A stretch of 64,000 bases of DNA from contig CAWCKW010000006.1 of assembly GCA_963796285.1 (NCBI GenBank), positions 128,001 to 192,000 on the forward strand, given 5' to 3'. Shown one piece after another: positions 32,088 to 41,838 of the stretch. The notes below the pieces were generated by a model that saw only the letters and a program-made list of their open reading frames with translations, searched no databases and was not told the origin of the DNA. The stretch comes from Nitrospirota bacterium (lineage in GTDB: Bacteria; Nitrospirota; UBA9217). The position numbers were made by a program, and so were the translations under genes. Each line of letters begins with the position of its first letter. Positions within the stretch are counted from its first letter, which is position 1.

Positions 32088-32303
32088 ACGGCAGTTGCAA
32101 GAGATAAGGATGAGTGCGCGACCGATACCATAATAAAGGACCTGATACCCTAGCGACTCCGGCGCTCGCTGCAACGGCAATGGACCAGAAGTCAAGTATT
32201 ATGACCGGGGATTCGGAGTTCAGGGAGGTGGAGCAACTGGTGAACGTAGTGTGGATAGGATAGGCCCAAAATATTTTTAATTTCTTAATTGGAGGGTACA
32301 CTC

Positions 32304-32690
32304 ATGAAATGGCTCGCTAAGTACACGGACGAAGCTTACGCCCTGATGCGAATCGTGGCGGGATTCATGTTCTCGTTCCACGGCGCTCAGAAGATCCTGG
32401 GAATGCTTTCCGATTTCCAGCCGCCAATGGGATCCCAGCTCTGGTTCGGCGGGCTTATCGAACTTATCGGCGGGCTGGCGGTGATGCTGGGGTATCAAAC
32501 GCGCATAGCAGCATTCCTCTGCAGCGGCGAGATGGCTGTGGCCTATTTCCAATTTCACTGGAAATTCCAGATGGGACGTAATTTCTTCCCGACAATAAAC
32601 AAAGGCGAGTTGGCTGCTCTCTACAGTTTTGTTTTCCTCTATATTGCCACGCGGGGCGGGGTGAAATGGAAGCTGGACAAAACAAACTAA
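32304..32690 (+). CDS. DoxX family membrane protein
   Basis: RIVAG..F.FHGAQK, GLIELIGG, GEMAVAYF, NKGELA. Confidence 0.9.
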   Translation: MKWLAKYTDEAYALMRIVAGFMFSFHGAQKILGMLSDFQPPMGSQLWFGGLIELIGGLAVMLGYQTRIAAFLCSGEMAVAYFQFHWKFQMGRNFFPTINKGELAALYSFVFLYIATRGGVKWKLDKTN

Positions 32691-32733
32691 AGATTGCTCA
32701 AATGAACAGCAGATGTTAAGAATGGAGATAACC

Positions 32734-32965
32734 ATGGACGAAACTGCACAGCTCAGGTATTTGAAGATCGCACTGGTATTTACCAGGGCATTCTGCGCGG
32801 TGTGAGTCTTTATCAGCTAACCATTTCTGGCCGTCGGGCTGGGCCTGGCACGCGCACGCGGAGGGCCAGTCGCTCTATTTGCAGATGATCATCGGGATCT
32901 TTGCGACACTCGGCGCTTTCCTGATAATCGCGGCCCGAAATCCCCTCGAGCATCTCAATCTCATC
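32734..32965 (+). pseudogene. Truncated, frameshifted membrane protein (DUF6632-like)
   Basis: Fragments WPSGWAWH and YLQMIIGIFATLGAFLIIAARNP after GGAG-ATG; internal stops, no C-terminus. Confidence 0.6.
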
Positions 32966-33170
32966 GGCGGCGGTAGGGCCTGGTCTTTCTTCTTGAAAGG
33001 CTTCTTTTGCGAACATTTGGGGTCAGACTTGAGTTATTGAGATTCAAGCAACCCATAACGGGTCTGGCTCTGGAAATTAAGGATTGCTGATCGTCCTACA
33101 GGCTTCAACCATATTCCAGATGGCGTCGTACTGCATTAAAGATCCCCTTCCACGCACATAGTGATCGCCT

Positions 33171-33874
33171 ATGAAAACCACTCGATATTTCATGATCATA
33201 TTCCTGGGCCTTGCGGTGGCATCCTTAGCCACAGGCAGTATTCGGCGCAGAGGATATCTCCAGCCTTCTGGAAAAGAAGGGACCAACGGCAAAGGGAATA
33301 ATTACAGAACCATCCATCGTCCGCGAGTCGAAGCTTCCGAACCTGCCGATCAATCCGAAGCAGATCGAGTATCTGATAGACAACCCCCACGTAATGCTGG
33401 CGTTTGCACACCTGTACGCCCCGTTCCTGGACAACTATAGTGTAGAGTCGATCCGATCATGTGGTCCATATTGACGAACCGGGTACCTTGGCGGGTGACG
33501 CGGAACTTATCGATATCCGTCCGGCAGGAGGGTCTACCTTATTGCCGGATATTACGACGTTTTCAATATGCGGTTCAATGGGGATGTGGTCCTGGTGACA
33601 ATGTATTCCGAACAAAGTGAGAACGCGGCAGTTTCAGTAGATGCAACCACGATCGCCTATTTCAAGATCAAGTAGCGGCTTTGCAGGCGCGTTCGCGCGG
33701 CTGGCGGATTATCTGTTCCCTAAAAAAGTGGACGAACGGATCGAGCGCTTTGTCCGTGCGGCGGAAATTATCGCCGTCGCGGTCCATAAGGACCCCGCGG
33801 AAGCATACAGGAAGCTCAAGGCCTCGGGAGAGGTCAGCGCCGAGGAACTCGAGGAGTTTGGCCGGACGTTTTAA
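33171..33874 (+). pseudogene. Secreted hypothetical protein gene broken by ~4 frameshifts
   Basis: Signal peptide then continuous coding-like sequence switching frames to stop at 33874. Confidence 0.6.
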
Positions 33875-34010
33875 GAATGCTTGTGAGGCCGCGTGGGATC
33901 AGACATACATCTGTGGTTATGATGCAGCGAGAGTCTTCGATCATCATTCGGAACAAGGAGGCTACGAGTATCTCCCTTTGCATCCTTGATCATCACATAA
34001 GAAGCTCCTG

Positions 34011-34072
34011 TAGACAGGGCTTTCAATAAGTGCTATAATGAGACCTGTTAATAGTACTATTAAGGAGGTCTT
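34011..34072 (+). promoter_or_regulatory. TA promoter and operator
   Basis: TAGACA-17-TATAAT; perfect palindrome TTAATAGTACTATTAA (34048-34063) flanked by AGACCT/AGGTCT. Confidence 0.8.
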
Positions 34073-34074
34073 CA

Positions 34075-34344
34075 ATGGGCACAAAATTTTCCGAAGATAT
34101 TGTTCCGCTCAGTGACCTGAAGGTAAATCCCGGCAAAGTGGTTTCGCACGTACAAGAGACACACCGGCCTATTTTGCTCACGAGCAGGGGCCGTGGAGTG
34201 GCCGTGGTCCGATCACTCAAGGATTATGAGGAAGAAACTGAAGAGCGCGCCTTTATGCAGGGCGTGGTGAAGGGGCTGATGGACCTGGAAGAAGGCCATG
34301 AAATTTCGCTCTCCGAGGCGAAAAAACGCCTTGGTCTGAAGTAA
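34075..34344 (+). CDS. Phd/YefM family antitoxin
   Basis: DIVPLSDLK, RPILLT.RGR..AVV. Confidence 0.9.
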   Translation: MGTKFSEDIVPLSDLKVNPGKVVSHVQETHRPILLTSRGRGVAVVRSLKDYEEETEERAFMQGVVKGLMDLEEGHEISLSEAKKRLGLK

Positions 34345-34348
34345 TTCC

Positions 34349-34648
34349 ATGGCTGAACAGGCACGAATAACGTTTGCTGCTTCAGCGATCAAGGACCTTG
34401 AGGACCTGCAGGCCTTTTATGCGGGTGAAGGTGTGCCTGATGTAGGGAAAAGGCTCGTCGCTGAGATCATTACCAGGGTTGAGCGACTGGGCGCGCATCC
34501 GCTGAACGGCCGCGTTGTGCCGGAGTTTGATGTTGAACATCTGCGAGAGATAATTTATCCGCCATTTCGTATCGTTTATCGGCATGATAAAAACAAGGTG
34601 CGTATTGTTCGAATATGGCGAAGTGAAAGACTTCTGAGAATGCCGTGA
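34349..34648 (+). CDS. RelE/ParE family toxin
   Basis: A.KDLE, HP.NGRVVPE, REII.PPFRIVY. Confidence 0.9.
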   Translation: MAEQARITFAASAIKDLEDLQAFYAGEGVPDVGKRLVAEIITRVERLGAHPLNGRVVPEFDVEHLREIIYPPFRIVYRHDKNKVRIVRIWRSERLLRMP

Positions 34649-34911
34649 CTACGTCAGCTATTGTCAAAAATTCTTGAACACCGTAACATCCTCCGCGACG
34701 ATGGGATGAGTAACGGCGATTAAGTAAAGCAACTCACGTACACCTGCTGTTCCCCAAAAAGCCCGAACATTTTAGGGATAGGTCTTTAACGTTTGACTAT
34801 ACCCTTTTTCTCTGATAATCTCACTGCATGATTTTCTTCTCGCGCTAATGTAGCTCGCGGCATTAACGAGCGAGTTTTTATCAGCAATGCCGGGGTACGG
34901 GGGGAGGGGCG

Positions 34912-35826
34912 ATGGAACAAACAGGCAGCATAGGCAGCGAAACACTTCTTGACTGCATCGTCATCGGGGCGGGCCCGGGAGGCCTGCAGGCCTGCATTCA
35001 CCTTGGCCGCTACAACTTCCGCGTCATGCTGTTCCATATCCTTGGGGGGCGGACGCTCCTCGCGAAACATATCGAGAACTACCTCGGCATTCCCGTTGTC
35101 TCCGGCCCGAACCTCCTGGAGACCGGCCTTGCCCAGGCAAAAAGCTTCGGCGTCGCTGTGGAGAACGCCAAGGTGGACCGTGTCACACCCCGGGAGGGGC
35201 ACTTCGAGGTGCTGGCCGGGGGGAAGACCTATCGCTCACGCTTTGTCATCGCCGCCTCAGGGGCCAAGGAGACCCTTGCCCCGTTCAAGAATCTTTATCG
35301 CTTCTTCGGCATCTCCTATTACACCTGCATGATCTGCGACGGCTACCGCACCACGGGCAAGAAACTGCTCGTCATTGACCGCACCATCAACGGGGTGCGC
35401 CTCAGCGTCGGCATGAAGCAGATGTACACCAAGGACGTGACCTTCCTCGCCCACGGCTTTACCCTGGCGCCGGTGTATCGGTCACTGCTCGATGACGAGG
35501 GGATCGGCCTGGTCGAGGGGCGGCCGGAAGAACTGCTCGGCGAGAAGGCCCTCGAGGGGGTGCGGCTTTCCGACGGCCGCGTTATCCCCTGCGAGGTCAT
35601 CCTGGGGTGGGGCGGGATATCCCTGAACGACGAGTACCTCGAGGGCATCGACCTGGAGCGCGACGCCGAGGGGTTCAAAATAGCGACGAAGGGCTCGGGC
35701 GAGTCGAGCATCCCCGGCTTCTTCGTCCTGGGCGCTCTCCGCCACGGCCACTCCCAAGCGATCATTTCCGCCGGCCAGGGTGCCGAGGCAGCGATCGAGA
35801 TCAGCACGAGGATCGTCGAACTCTAA
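34912..35826 (+). CDS. Thioredoxin-reductase-like NAD(P)/FAD oxidoreductase
   Basis: IGAGPGGL, IENYLG, ASGA, CMICDG; NAD(P)H GxGxxA motif degenerate. Confidence 0.85.
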   Translation: MEQTGSIGSETLLDCIVIGAGPGGLQACIHLGRYNFRVMLFHILGGRTLLAKHIENYLGIPVVSGPNLLETGLAQAKSFGVAVENAKVDRVTPREGHFEVLAGGKTYRSRFVIAASGAKETLAPFKNLYRFFGISYYTCMICDGYRTTGKKLLVIDRTINGVRLSVGMKQMYTKDVTFLAHGFTLAPVYRSLLDDEGIGLVEGRPEELLGEKALEGVRLSDGRVIPCEVILGWGGISLNDEYLEGIDLERDAEGFKIATKGSGESSIPGFFVLGALRHGHSQAIISAGQGAEAAIEISTRIVEL

Positions 35827-35849
35827 AAGAAGATATTGTTAGTACAGGC

Positions 35850-36098
35850 TTAGCTGTGCGATGAAGCGGTTGACTGCGACGGTCTTGCCGGCCTCGGCCC
35901 CGAACCGGATGGCCGCGCGCGCTTGAGGAGCTTCCGCCTTCGCTTCTCCGCCTCGATCTGCTTGTTCTTTTTCTTCACCGAGGGCTTTTCGTAATGACGT
36001 CGCTTCTTCAGTTCGCCCATGAGGCCGTCCTGCTGGAGCTTCTTCTTCAGGTCCCGCAGGGCCTTTTCGATGTTCTGGGACTGGACCCTTATCTCCAC
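35850..36098 (-). CDS. rpsU: 30S ribosomal protein S21 paralog (copy 2)
   Basis: [24 protein letters not shown]; C-terminal extension. Confidence 0.88.
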   Translation of the reverse strand: MEIRVQSQNIEKALRDLKKKLQQDGLMGELKKRRHYEKPSVKKKNKQIEAEKRRRKLLKRARPSGSGPRPARPSQSTASSHS

Positions 36099-36415
36099 GA
36101 TTTTCCCCCTCCTCCGCCGTATCCGCCGCGATCACCCCTGCCGCCGCCACCGGAACCCGAGCGGTCAGTCTTGGGTTTTGCCTCGTTCACCGTGATAGTC
36201 CGGTCCATGAATGTGGTGCCGTTCATGGCAGTGATCGCTTTGGCCGCGTCCTCGTCCGACGCCATCTCCACGAAACCGAACCCTTTGGACCTGCCGCTCG
36301 CCTGATCGACGATCAGCGTGGCGGATACGACCTCGCCAAGCTTCGAGAATGCCTCGCGTAAATCCTCCTCGTGGGTGTTATACGATAAATTTCCAACATA
36401 CAGTTTCTTCGCCAT
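36089..36415 (-). CDS. RRM RNA-binding protein with Gly-rich tail
   Basis: LYVGNL (RNP2), KGFGFVEM (RNP1), VNEAKP. Confidence 0.95.
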   Translation of the reverse strand: MAKKLYVGNLSYNTHEEDLREAFSKLGEVVSATLIVDQASGRSKGFGFVEMASDEDAAKAITAMNGTTFMDRTITVNEAKPKTDRSGSGGGGRGDRGGYGGGGGKSWR

Positions 36416-36784
36416 GTTGCCTCCTATGTTATTTCAAGTTCACGCTGACGGTCAATGCCGCGCAGCGCGTTACGTCTTCACCTCGGTCATGTGGTCCTAA
36501 AAAAGCGTGCGCGGACTCGCGTGAGTATTCACAAAACCGCGTCTCTCGCCAACCAGGTATGCTATCGCTTTTAAGTAAGAAAAGGTGAGAGCAGGAAGAG
36601 TCAGTTATCGAAGATGCGGCGCGGACGATATTTCGTTCCAATACGCGAGGGCCTTGCCCCATTTATAATAGTGTATGTGTCTATTATACCGTTTTCGCTG
36701 GCAAATGCAAGGATTACTCGAAAAAGATCGTGACACTGTGGGAACGTTAAACAAAAAGCGAGAAAGATCGTTTGGACCGGGCTA

Positions 36785-36878
36785 TGCTATATATTCGGCA
36801 TGACCATCCCTGCTCGTGTTCCCGGAAGAACCAATCAGCTCGCCACAGGGCTGGGCCTAGGAAGTGAACGCATTCTGA
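36785..36878 (+). repeat. Degenerate duplicate of aldo/keto reductase promoter and 5' end
   Basis: Aligns with 37351-37444 (TGCTATA...TTCGGCATG..CATCCCT.CTCGT.TTC.CGGAAGAACC...CAGCTCG). Confidence 0.85.
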
Positions 36879-36945
36879 GCAAAATCAATAGATTCCCTCT
36901 ACGTTATGTATACTTAGATCAAGGAAGAACGCTGAAGGTGGCACA

Positions 36946-37064
36946 ATGTTGATCGAGATGCTGCAAGACAAAGATGCTGAGAAATCAGGCAGAGTCATGA
37001 AGGCAATGCTTCAAATGAATAAAATTGTATAAAAACGTTAAAGCAAGCCTATGAGCAAAAATGA
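36946..37064 (+). pseudogene. 3' fragment of VOC/PhnB-like gene
   Basis: EMLQDKDAEKSGRVMKAMLQMNKI...LKQAYEQ. Confidence 0.65.
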
Positions 37065-37365
37065 TATGCCACTAATAAATGACAAAGTCGTAAAAAGTCT
37101 TGTCTCACACAAAACCACTAAGCTACGGAGAGGGACCACCTCCATAATTAATAGCTTTTCTTTGTGCCCTTTGTCCTTAGTGTGAAAAATTGACTCTTAC
37201 GAGATTATCATTAAATGAAAAGGACAAATAAGATATGGCAAAAAGCAAAATTGAGATAGCCAATACAAACGGTCCCGTCCCGCATTGATTCGTATGATCG
37301 TATCTTTGTCGTATGAACGAAAGCGATGAAACCTCGCATATCCGCGGTTGTGCTATACTTTCGGC

Positions 37366-38199
37366 ATGTCCATCCCTACTCGTATTCTCGGAAGAACCGG
37401 ACAGCTCGTCACAAGGCTCGGCCTCGGCGGCGAAGGGGTTCTCAGGACCTTTGGGCAGGACCAGGCCGCGTATGCACTGGTCAACCGGGCGCTGGATCTG
37501 GGCATTACCTATTGCGAATCCGCGCGGGCTTACTCGGGAAGCGAGGTCTATTACGGGAAGGCGCTCGGGGAGCGGCGGAAGGAGATCTTTCTCGCCAGCA
37601 AATCCCACAACCGCAACAAAAAGGGCGCGCTGGCCCATCTGCATGAGACGCTGACGAATATGAAGACCGACCATCTGGATCTCTGGCAGGTACATGACGT
37701 GCGGGAGGCAGAGGATATCGCAGCTATCTTCGGGCCGGGCGGCGCTATCGAGGCCTTTGTCGAGGCAAAGCAGCAAGGGAAAACACGGTTCATCGGCATC
37801 ACCGGCCATCACGATCCTTCCATCATAAGGAAGTGCATCGAGCAATTCGATTTCGATACCGTTTTGATGCCGGTCAATCCTGCAGAGCAGAAGTTTAAGA
37901 GCTTTATCGAGAACGTCCTGCCCCTGGCTCGGGAGAAGAACATGGGGATCATCGGCATGAAGGTCTATTTACGCGGATACGCCTCTGGTTTACCGTGGTA
38001 CGCCAGCATGGAACCTTTCCTGCGTTTCGCCCTCTCCCAGCCAATAACCAACGTCGTCATCGGCTGCGACGACATCGCACAGCTCGAACAGAATGTTGAA
38101 TTCATCGGTTCATTCGAGCCCATGACGCAGGAGCAGCAGCAGGATCTCATCCGAGACGTGTCTCCCTTTGCGCGGCAGCTCATGTATTACAAACCATAA
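37366..38199 (+). CDS. Aldo/keto reductase
   Basis: LGRTG, ARAYSGSE, FLASK, DLWQVH, IGITGH, IIGMK. Confidence 0.92.
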   Translation: MSIPTRILGRTGQLVTRLGLGGEGVLRTFGQDQAAYALVNRALDLGITYCESARAYSGSEVYYGKALGERRKEIFLASKSHNRNKKGALAHLHETLTNMKTDHLDLWQVHDVREAEDIAAIFGPGGAIEAFVEAKQQGKTRFIGITGHHDPSIIRKCIEQFDFDTVLMPVNPAEQKFKSFIENVLPLAREKNMGIIGMKVYLRGYASGLPWYASMEPFLRFALSQPITNVVIGCDDIAQLEQNVEFIGSFEPMTQEQQQDLIRDVSPFARQLMYYKP

Positions 38200-38852
38200 T
38201 CCCTGCGACGTTCGAATAAAATTTGGTGATATCATCCTGGGAGAAGGATCCAATCTCGAAGGAGGTCTTGTCTATGAGGCACTCATTAATGCGGGGTGAG
38301 GTGAGTATTATTGGGAACCGGTGAAAGTTATGTTCAACCAGTAATAATAGGGACTCTAGAATCAAAAATGATCTGATCTCAAAAGATCTCAAGGATATCC
38401 TGAGCAGACTATCCTTTTCTAGGAACAGGGGGAAATAACAACAGGATGTTTTACTTTATTAAAGGGCTGGAATTGTACGTCACATAACAGGAGTGTCTAA
38501 CAGAAGAGAAAAAAAATTGTGCCTTGAGTTTTGAGTGTTTGCGAGGCTGGTTCCAAAGTATTTGCCTTAGCAGATGCTTTAGGCTACCCTCTCTGTTCCT
38601 GTGAGGGCTTGCACACCGCATGATGCATAGAGGCGTTCTGATTACTACGGTACCTCTCAACTCAAAACCCAAGGCGAACTGGTAAACTTGCAGACGATTA
38701 AAGCGTTAGTGATAGTATAGCACAGATTTTCAATTTAGCAAGTTCTTGCCGACTATCCCCACTGGGCATATCCTTACCCTGGATTCCCACCACTTAACAA
38801 GCAGTTATCAAAACCCTGTAGCCTCCCGAAGATGAGTGGAGTATAATTCGGC

Positions 38853-39506
38853 ATGAGTAATAAAAAGGCACAATTCTCGGTACGTCCTTTTGACAAGCTC
38901 CGTAAAACAATGGAGCAACGCGAGGCATTAACTATGCCCGCGACTCCTCGCCAAAAGAAGAAAGAAGACTATACCGACGAAGAGCTGTTCAGCCGCGAGA
39001 TGGACGACGTCCTGGTGATCGAGGAATTCCGTTCACTTACCTGCGCTCCTTGCCCACAAAACAAGAGAACGGCACTAGTGCCGCGCGACCCTGATAAGGA
39101 AGCGCTTGCGGAACTCTGCGATATCACGGAAGGGCTGCTGCCGATCCATCTGCCCGATACCCAGGAATATGTGGAATGGGTCCATCCCGCGTTTCGCGAT
39201 GATATCATCCGGAGCCTGCATGAGGGGCGGTTTTCGGTCCAGGCATATCTCGATCTTCACGGGTTCATTGTTCCCGAAGCAGAGAACGAATTGGACGAGT
39301 TCATTTTGGACGCGCTGAAAAAGGGCCTGAGCTGCATCAAGATCATCCATGGCCGCGGCCTTCGATCGGTCAAAGGCGCCCGGCTGAAGCACGCGGTGGT
39401 GAAAAGACTGTCCGGCCATTTCCGCAGAGACATCATCGCCTATGTGACTGCACGCCAGTGCGACGGCGGCCTGGGTGCGCTGTATGTACTCTTGAGAAAA
39501 AAATAG
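38853..39506 (+). CDS. Smr domain protein
   Basis: LDLHG, IIHGRG, DGGLGALYVLL. Confidence 0.92.
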   Translation: MSNKKAQFSVRPFDKLRKTMEQREALTMPATPRQKKKEDYTDEELFSREMDDVLVIEEFRSLTCAPCPQNKRTALVPRDPDKEALAELCDITEGLLPIHLPDTQEYVEWVHPAFRDDIIRSLHEGRFSVQAYLDLHGFIVPEAENELDEFILDALKKGLSCIKIIHGRGLRSVKGARLKHAVVKRLSGHFRRDIIAYVTARQCDGGLGALYVLLRKK

Positions 39507-39535
39507 GACCCTCCACGTTCACTCCGAAAAATATT

Positions 39536-40393
39536 ATGAATAAGAAGACAACAATGACCCGTCGACCGAAGAATAACAAGGCACTCACCTTGGCCCAGGC
39601 CCGTGCGTTCCAAAAAAAAATTTACGGTCACTACAACACCCAGGGCCGAGACCTCCCGTGGCGAAAAAAGCTGAATCCCTACCGCGTGCTGGTCTCGGAG
39701 ATCATGCTCCAGCAGACGCAAGTGGAGCGGGTCATCGAAAAGTTCCAGGGGTTCCTCAAAGCGTTTCCCGATTTCAATGCCCTTGCACATGCACCGCTCC
39801 CGAGACTGCTCAAGATCTGGCAGGGCATGGGATATAACCGCAGGGCCCTGGCACTCAAGGCGCTTGCGCAAAAGGTCGTTGCTGAACATCGGGGCAAGCT
39901 TCCCCAAGAGCCCGAAAAGCTGATTTCACTCCCGGGTATCGGACCGTATACTGCAGGTGCGATTTCAGCCTTTGCCTTCAACCGGCCCGTCGTGTTCATG
40001 GACACGAACATCCGTCGGGTCTATATACATGAGTTTTTTCATGATCGCGATGATATCCATGATGATGAAATAATCCCTTTCCTCGAACGGACGATGGATG
40101 CCGAACATCCGGGGAAATGGTACAATGCTCTCATGGATTACGGGACCATGCTGAAGAAGGAGCATGTGAATCCGAACCGGAGGAGTGCGCACTATTCGCG
40201 CCAGAGCCCCTTCGAGAATTCGAACCGGCAGGTGCGCGGCAGGATCCTCAACGTGCTGGTGAAGGAAGCACCGCTCACCCAGGCGCAGATCGTGCTGAGG
40301 TCCGGGATGGACCGGGATCGGGTGAAGCAGAATCTCGTGCAGCTTATGGAAGAAGGGTTCATTAAGAAGAAGGGCATATTGTTCGCCCTCTAG
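39536..40393 (+). CDS. mutY: A/G-specific adenine glycosylase, short clusterless form
   Basis: RDLPWR, VSEIMLQQTQV, WQGMGY.RR, LPGIGPYTA, DTNIRRV, ALMDYG. Confidence 0.85.
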   Translation: MNKKTTMTRRPKNNKALTLAQARAFQKKIYGHYNTQGRDLPWRKKLNPYRVLVSEIMLQQTQVERVIEKFQGFLKAFPDFNALAHAPLPRLLKIWQGMGYNRRALALKALAQKVVAEHRGKLPQEPEKLISLPGIGPYTAGAISAFAFNRPVVFMDTNIRRVYIHEFFHDRDDIHDDEIIPFLERTMDAEHPGKWYNALMDYGTMLKKEHVNPNRRSAHYSRQSPFENSNRQVRGRILNVLVKEAPLTQAQIVLRSGMDRDRVKQNLVQLMEEGFIKKKGILFAL

Positions 40394-40453
40394 TAATGCC
40401 CGTTAGATCCCCTGTCCAGCCGAGCGGGAGAGGGAGCAAGAGGTCGTCATACC

Positions 40454-41368
40454 ATGAGATCAGCCCCCGACTATATTCAGTTCTACCCCACGCTCCGATG
40501 CAACCAATCATGCGAGTTTTGTTTTAACCGATCAATGCCGCCCATGCCGGATATGTCAGCTGATGACTTCAGCGTTATGCTCGAAAAGATCATCGCGCTC
40601 CCGGTGAGGACCCTGGATATTATCGGCGGCGAGCCTTCCCTGCATCCGCATATCGTCGGGTTTGTCCGAAAGGCAGTGCAGCACGGACTGAACGTAAATG
40701 TCAGTTCCAATGGAACAAATATTGTTGTGCTCGAAGACCTGCTGGATGCAGGCAACAAGGTTGCCATCGGAATATCGATCAACGACCGGGAATCCCTGGA
40801 TCGTTTAGCCGGGTTTATTCAAAAGAATAAGGTGGTCGTGAAATCGATCTTTCATCCGGCAATTGATGAAGCGTTCATTCGCGACATCCTCGCCCTCAGG
40901 CCAAAGACGTTTTATCTGATCTATCGCGATACCCTGGATTCTAAAGACCTTCACGCGAGCGTGCCTTTTCATCAATTCATATCGGTTGCAACAGAACGGT
41001 TCTATCCGCCGCAGGCCGATACGGTCTTCTGTTCGGGCTTCATACCCGATAGCGTGAATTATCCCGAGCTTGCGCAGGTGCGATGTCCCGCCGGCACCAC
41101 GAAGCTCGGCATCATGCCAGACGGCTCCGTCTATCCCTGCAATCTGTTCTTCGGAAAAAAGGAATTTCTGCTCGGCAATATCCTGACCGATCCGTTCGAG
41201 TCCATCTGGCATCACCGGGCCCTTGACTTTTTTCGGGCCGCTGTTCACAACAGCTGTCCTGAAACAACCTGTGAACTTCATACCCGATGCCACGGCGGAT
41301 GCCCTGCGCACAGTTTCGCACATACCGGCAGGTTGAATGCTCCTGATCCGCGTTGCGTCGGAGGTTGA
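40454..41368 (+). CDS. Radical SAM/SPASM domain protein
   Basis: CNQSCEFC, GGEP; SPASM CPAG...VYPC...C..C...CHGGCPA...DPRC. Confidence 0.9.
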   Translation: MRSAPDYIQFYPTLRCNQSCEFCFNRSMPPMPDMSADDFSVMLEKIIALPVRTLDIIGGEPSLHPHIVGFVRKAVQHGLNVNVSSNGTNIVVLEDLLDAGNKVAIGISINDRESLDRLAGFIQKNKVVVKSIFHPAIDEAFIRDILALRPKTFYLIYRDTLDSKDLHASVPFHQFISVATERFYPPQADTVFCSGFIPDSVNYPELAQVRCPAGTTKLGIMPDGSVYPCNLFFGKKEFLLGNILTDPFESIWHHRALDFFRAAVHNSCPETTCELHTRCHGGCPAHSFAHTGRLNAPDPRCVGG

Positions 41369-41434
41369 CAGGCTTCATGAGGGAGAGTAAAATTGAACGC
41401 AGGTTTAATGAACACATACCCGAGGAGGTCGATC

Positions 41435-41710
41435 ATGGTTACTGCGCTGGTCCTGTTGAATGTTGAGAGGAGCAAGGTGAACACGGTAGCGGAGATGCTT
41501 GCGGAGATGAACGGCGTTTCCGAGGTCTATTCGATCGCCGGCAGATACGATCTTGCCGTTGTCATTCGGGCCCGGGACAACGACCAGATGGCCGAGTTGG
41601 TGACCGACCATATGCTCAAGGTCGACGGTATCATCAAATCAGAGACGCTTATCGCCTTCCGCGTGCACTCCCGCCACGATCTGGACAGCATGTTCTCCAT
41701 AGGAATGTAG
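41435..41710 (+). CDS. Stand-alone Lrp/AsnC ligand-binding domain protein
   Basis: GVSEVYSIAGRYDL, SETLIAF; GAGGAGG RBS; no HTH. Confidence 0.88.
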   Translation: MVTALVLLNVERSKVNTVAEMLAEMNGVSEVYSIAGRYDLAVVIRARDNDQMAELVTDHMLKVDGIIKSETLIAFRVHSRHDLDSMFSIGM

Positions 41711-41838
41711 CGTAGTATGTGCTAGTCATTCCCACCGGTGATCTGAAGAAAATATCATTGAGAATGTCCCCAAAATAGTATACTATTACCCCACGTTGCC
41801 GCATTTATAACAGGACACTAATTGATTGAGGAGGATGT

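Noticed and set aside
33019-33072. REP/RAYT-type end (GGGGTCAGACTTGA...)
   Set aside because: Single degenerate copy with no transposase in the window.
36903-37080. Cassette relic starting at GTTATGT around the VOC fragment
   Set aside because: No matching ACATAAC or attC hairpin.
38200-38850. Coding potential or ncRNA in AT-rich gap
   Set aside because: Only short motif-less ORFs and no convincing structure.
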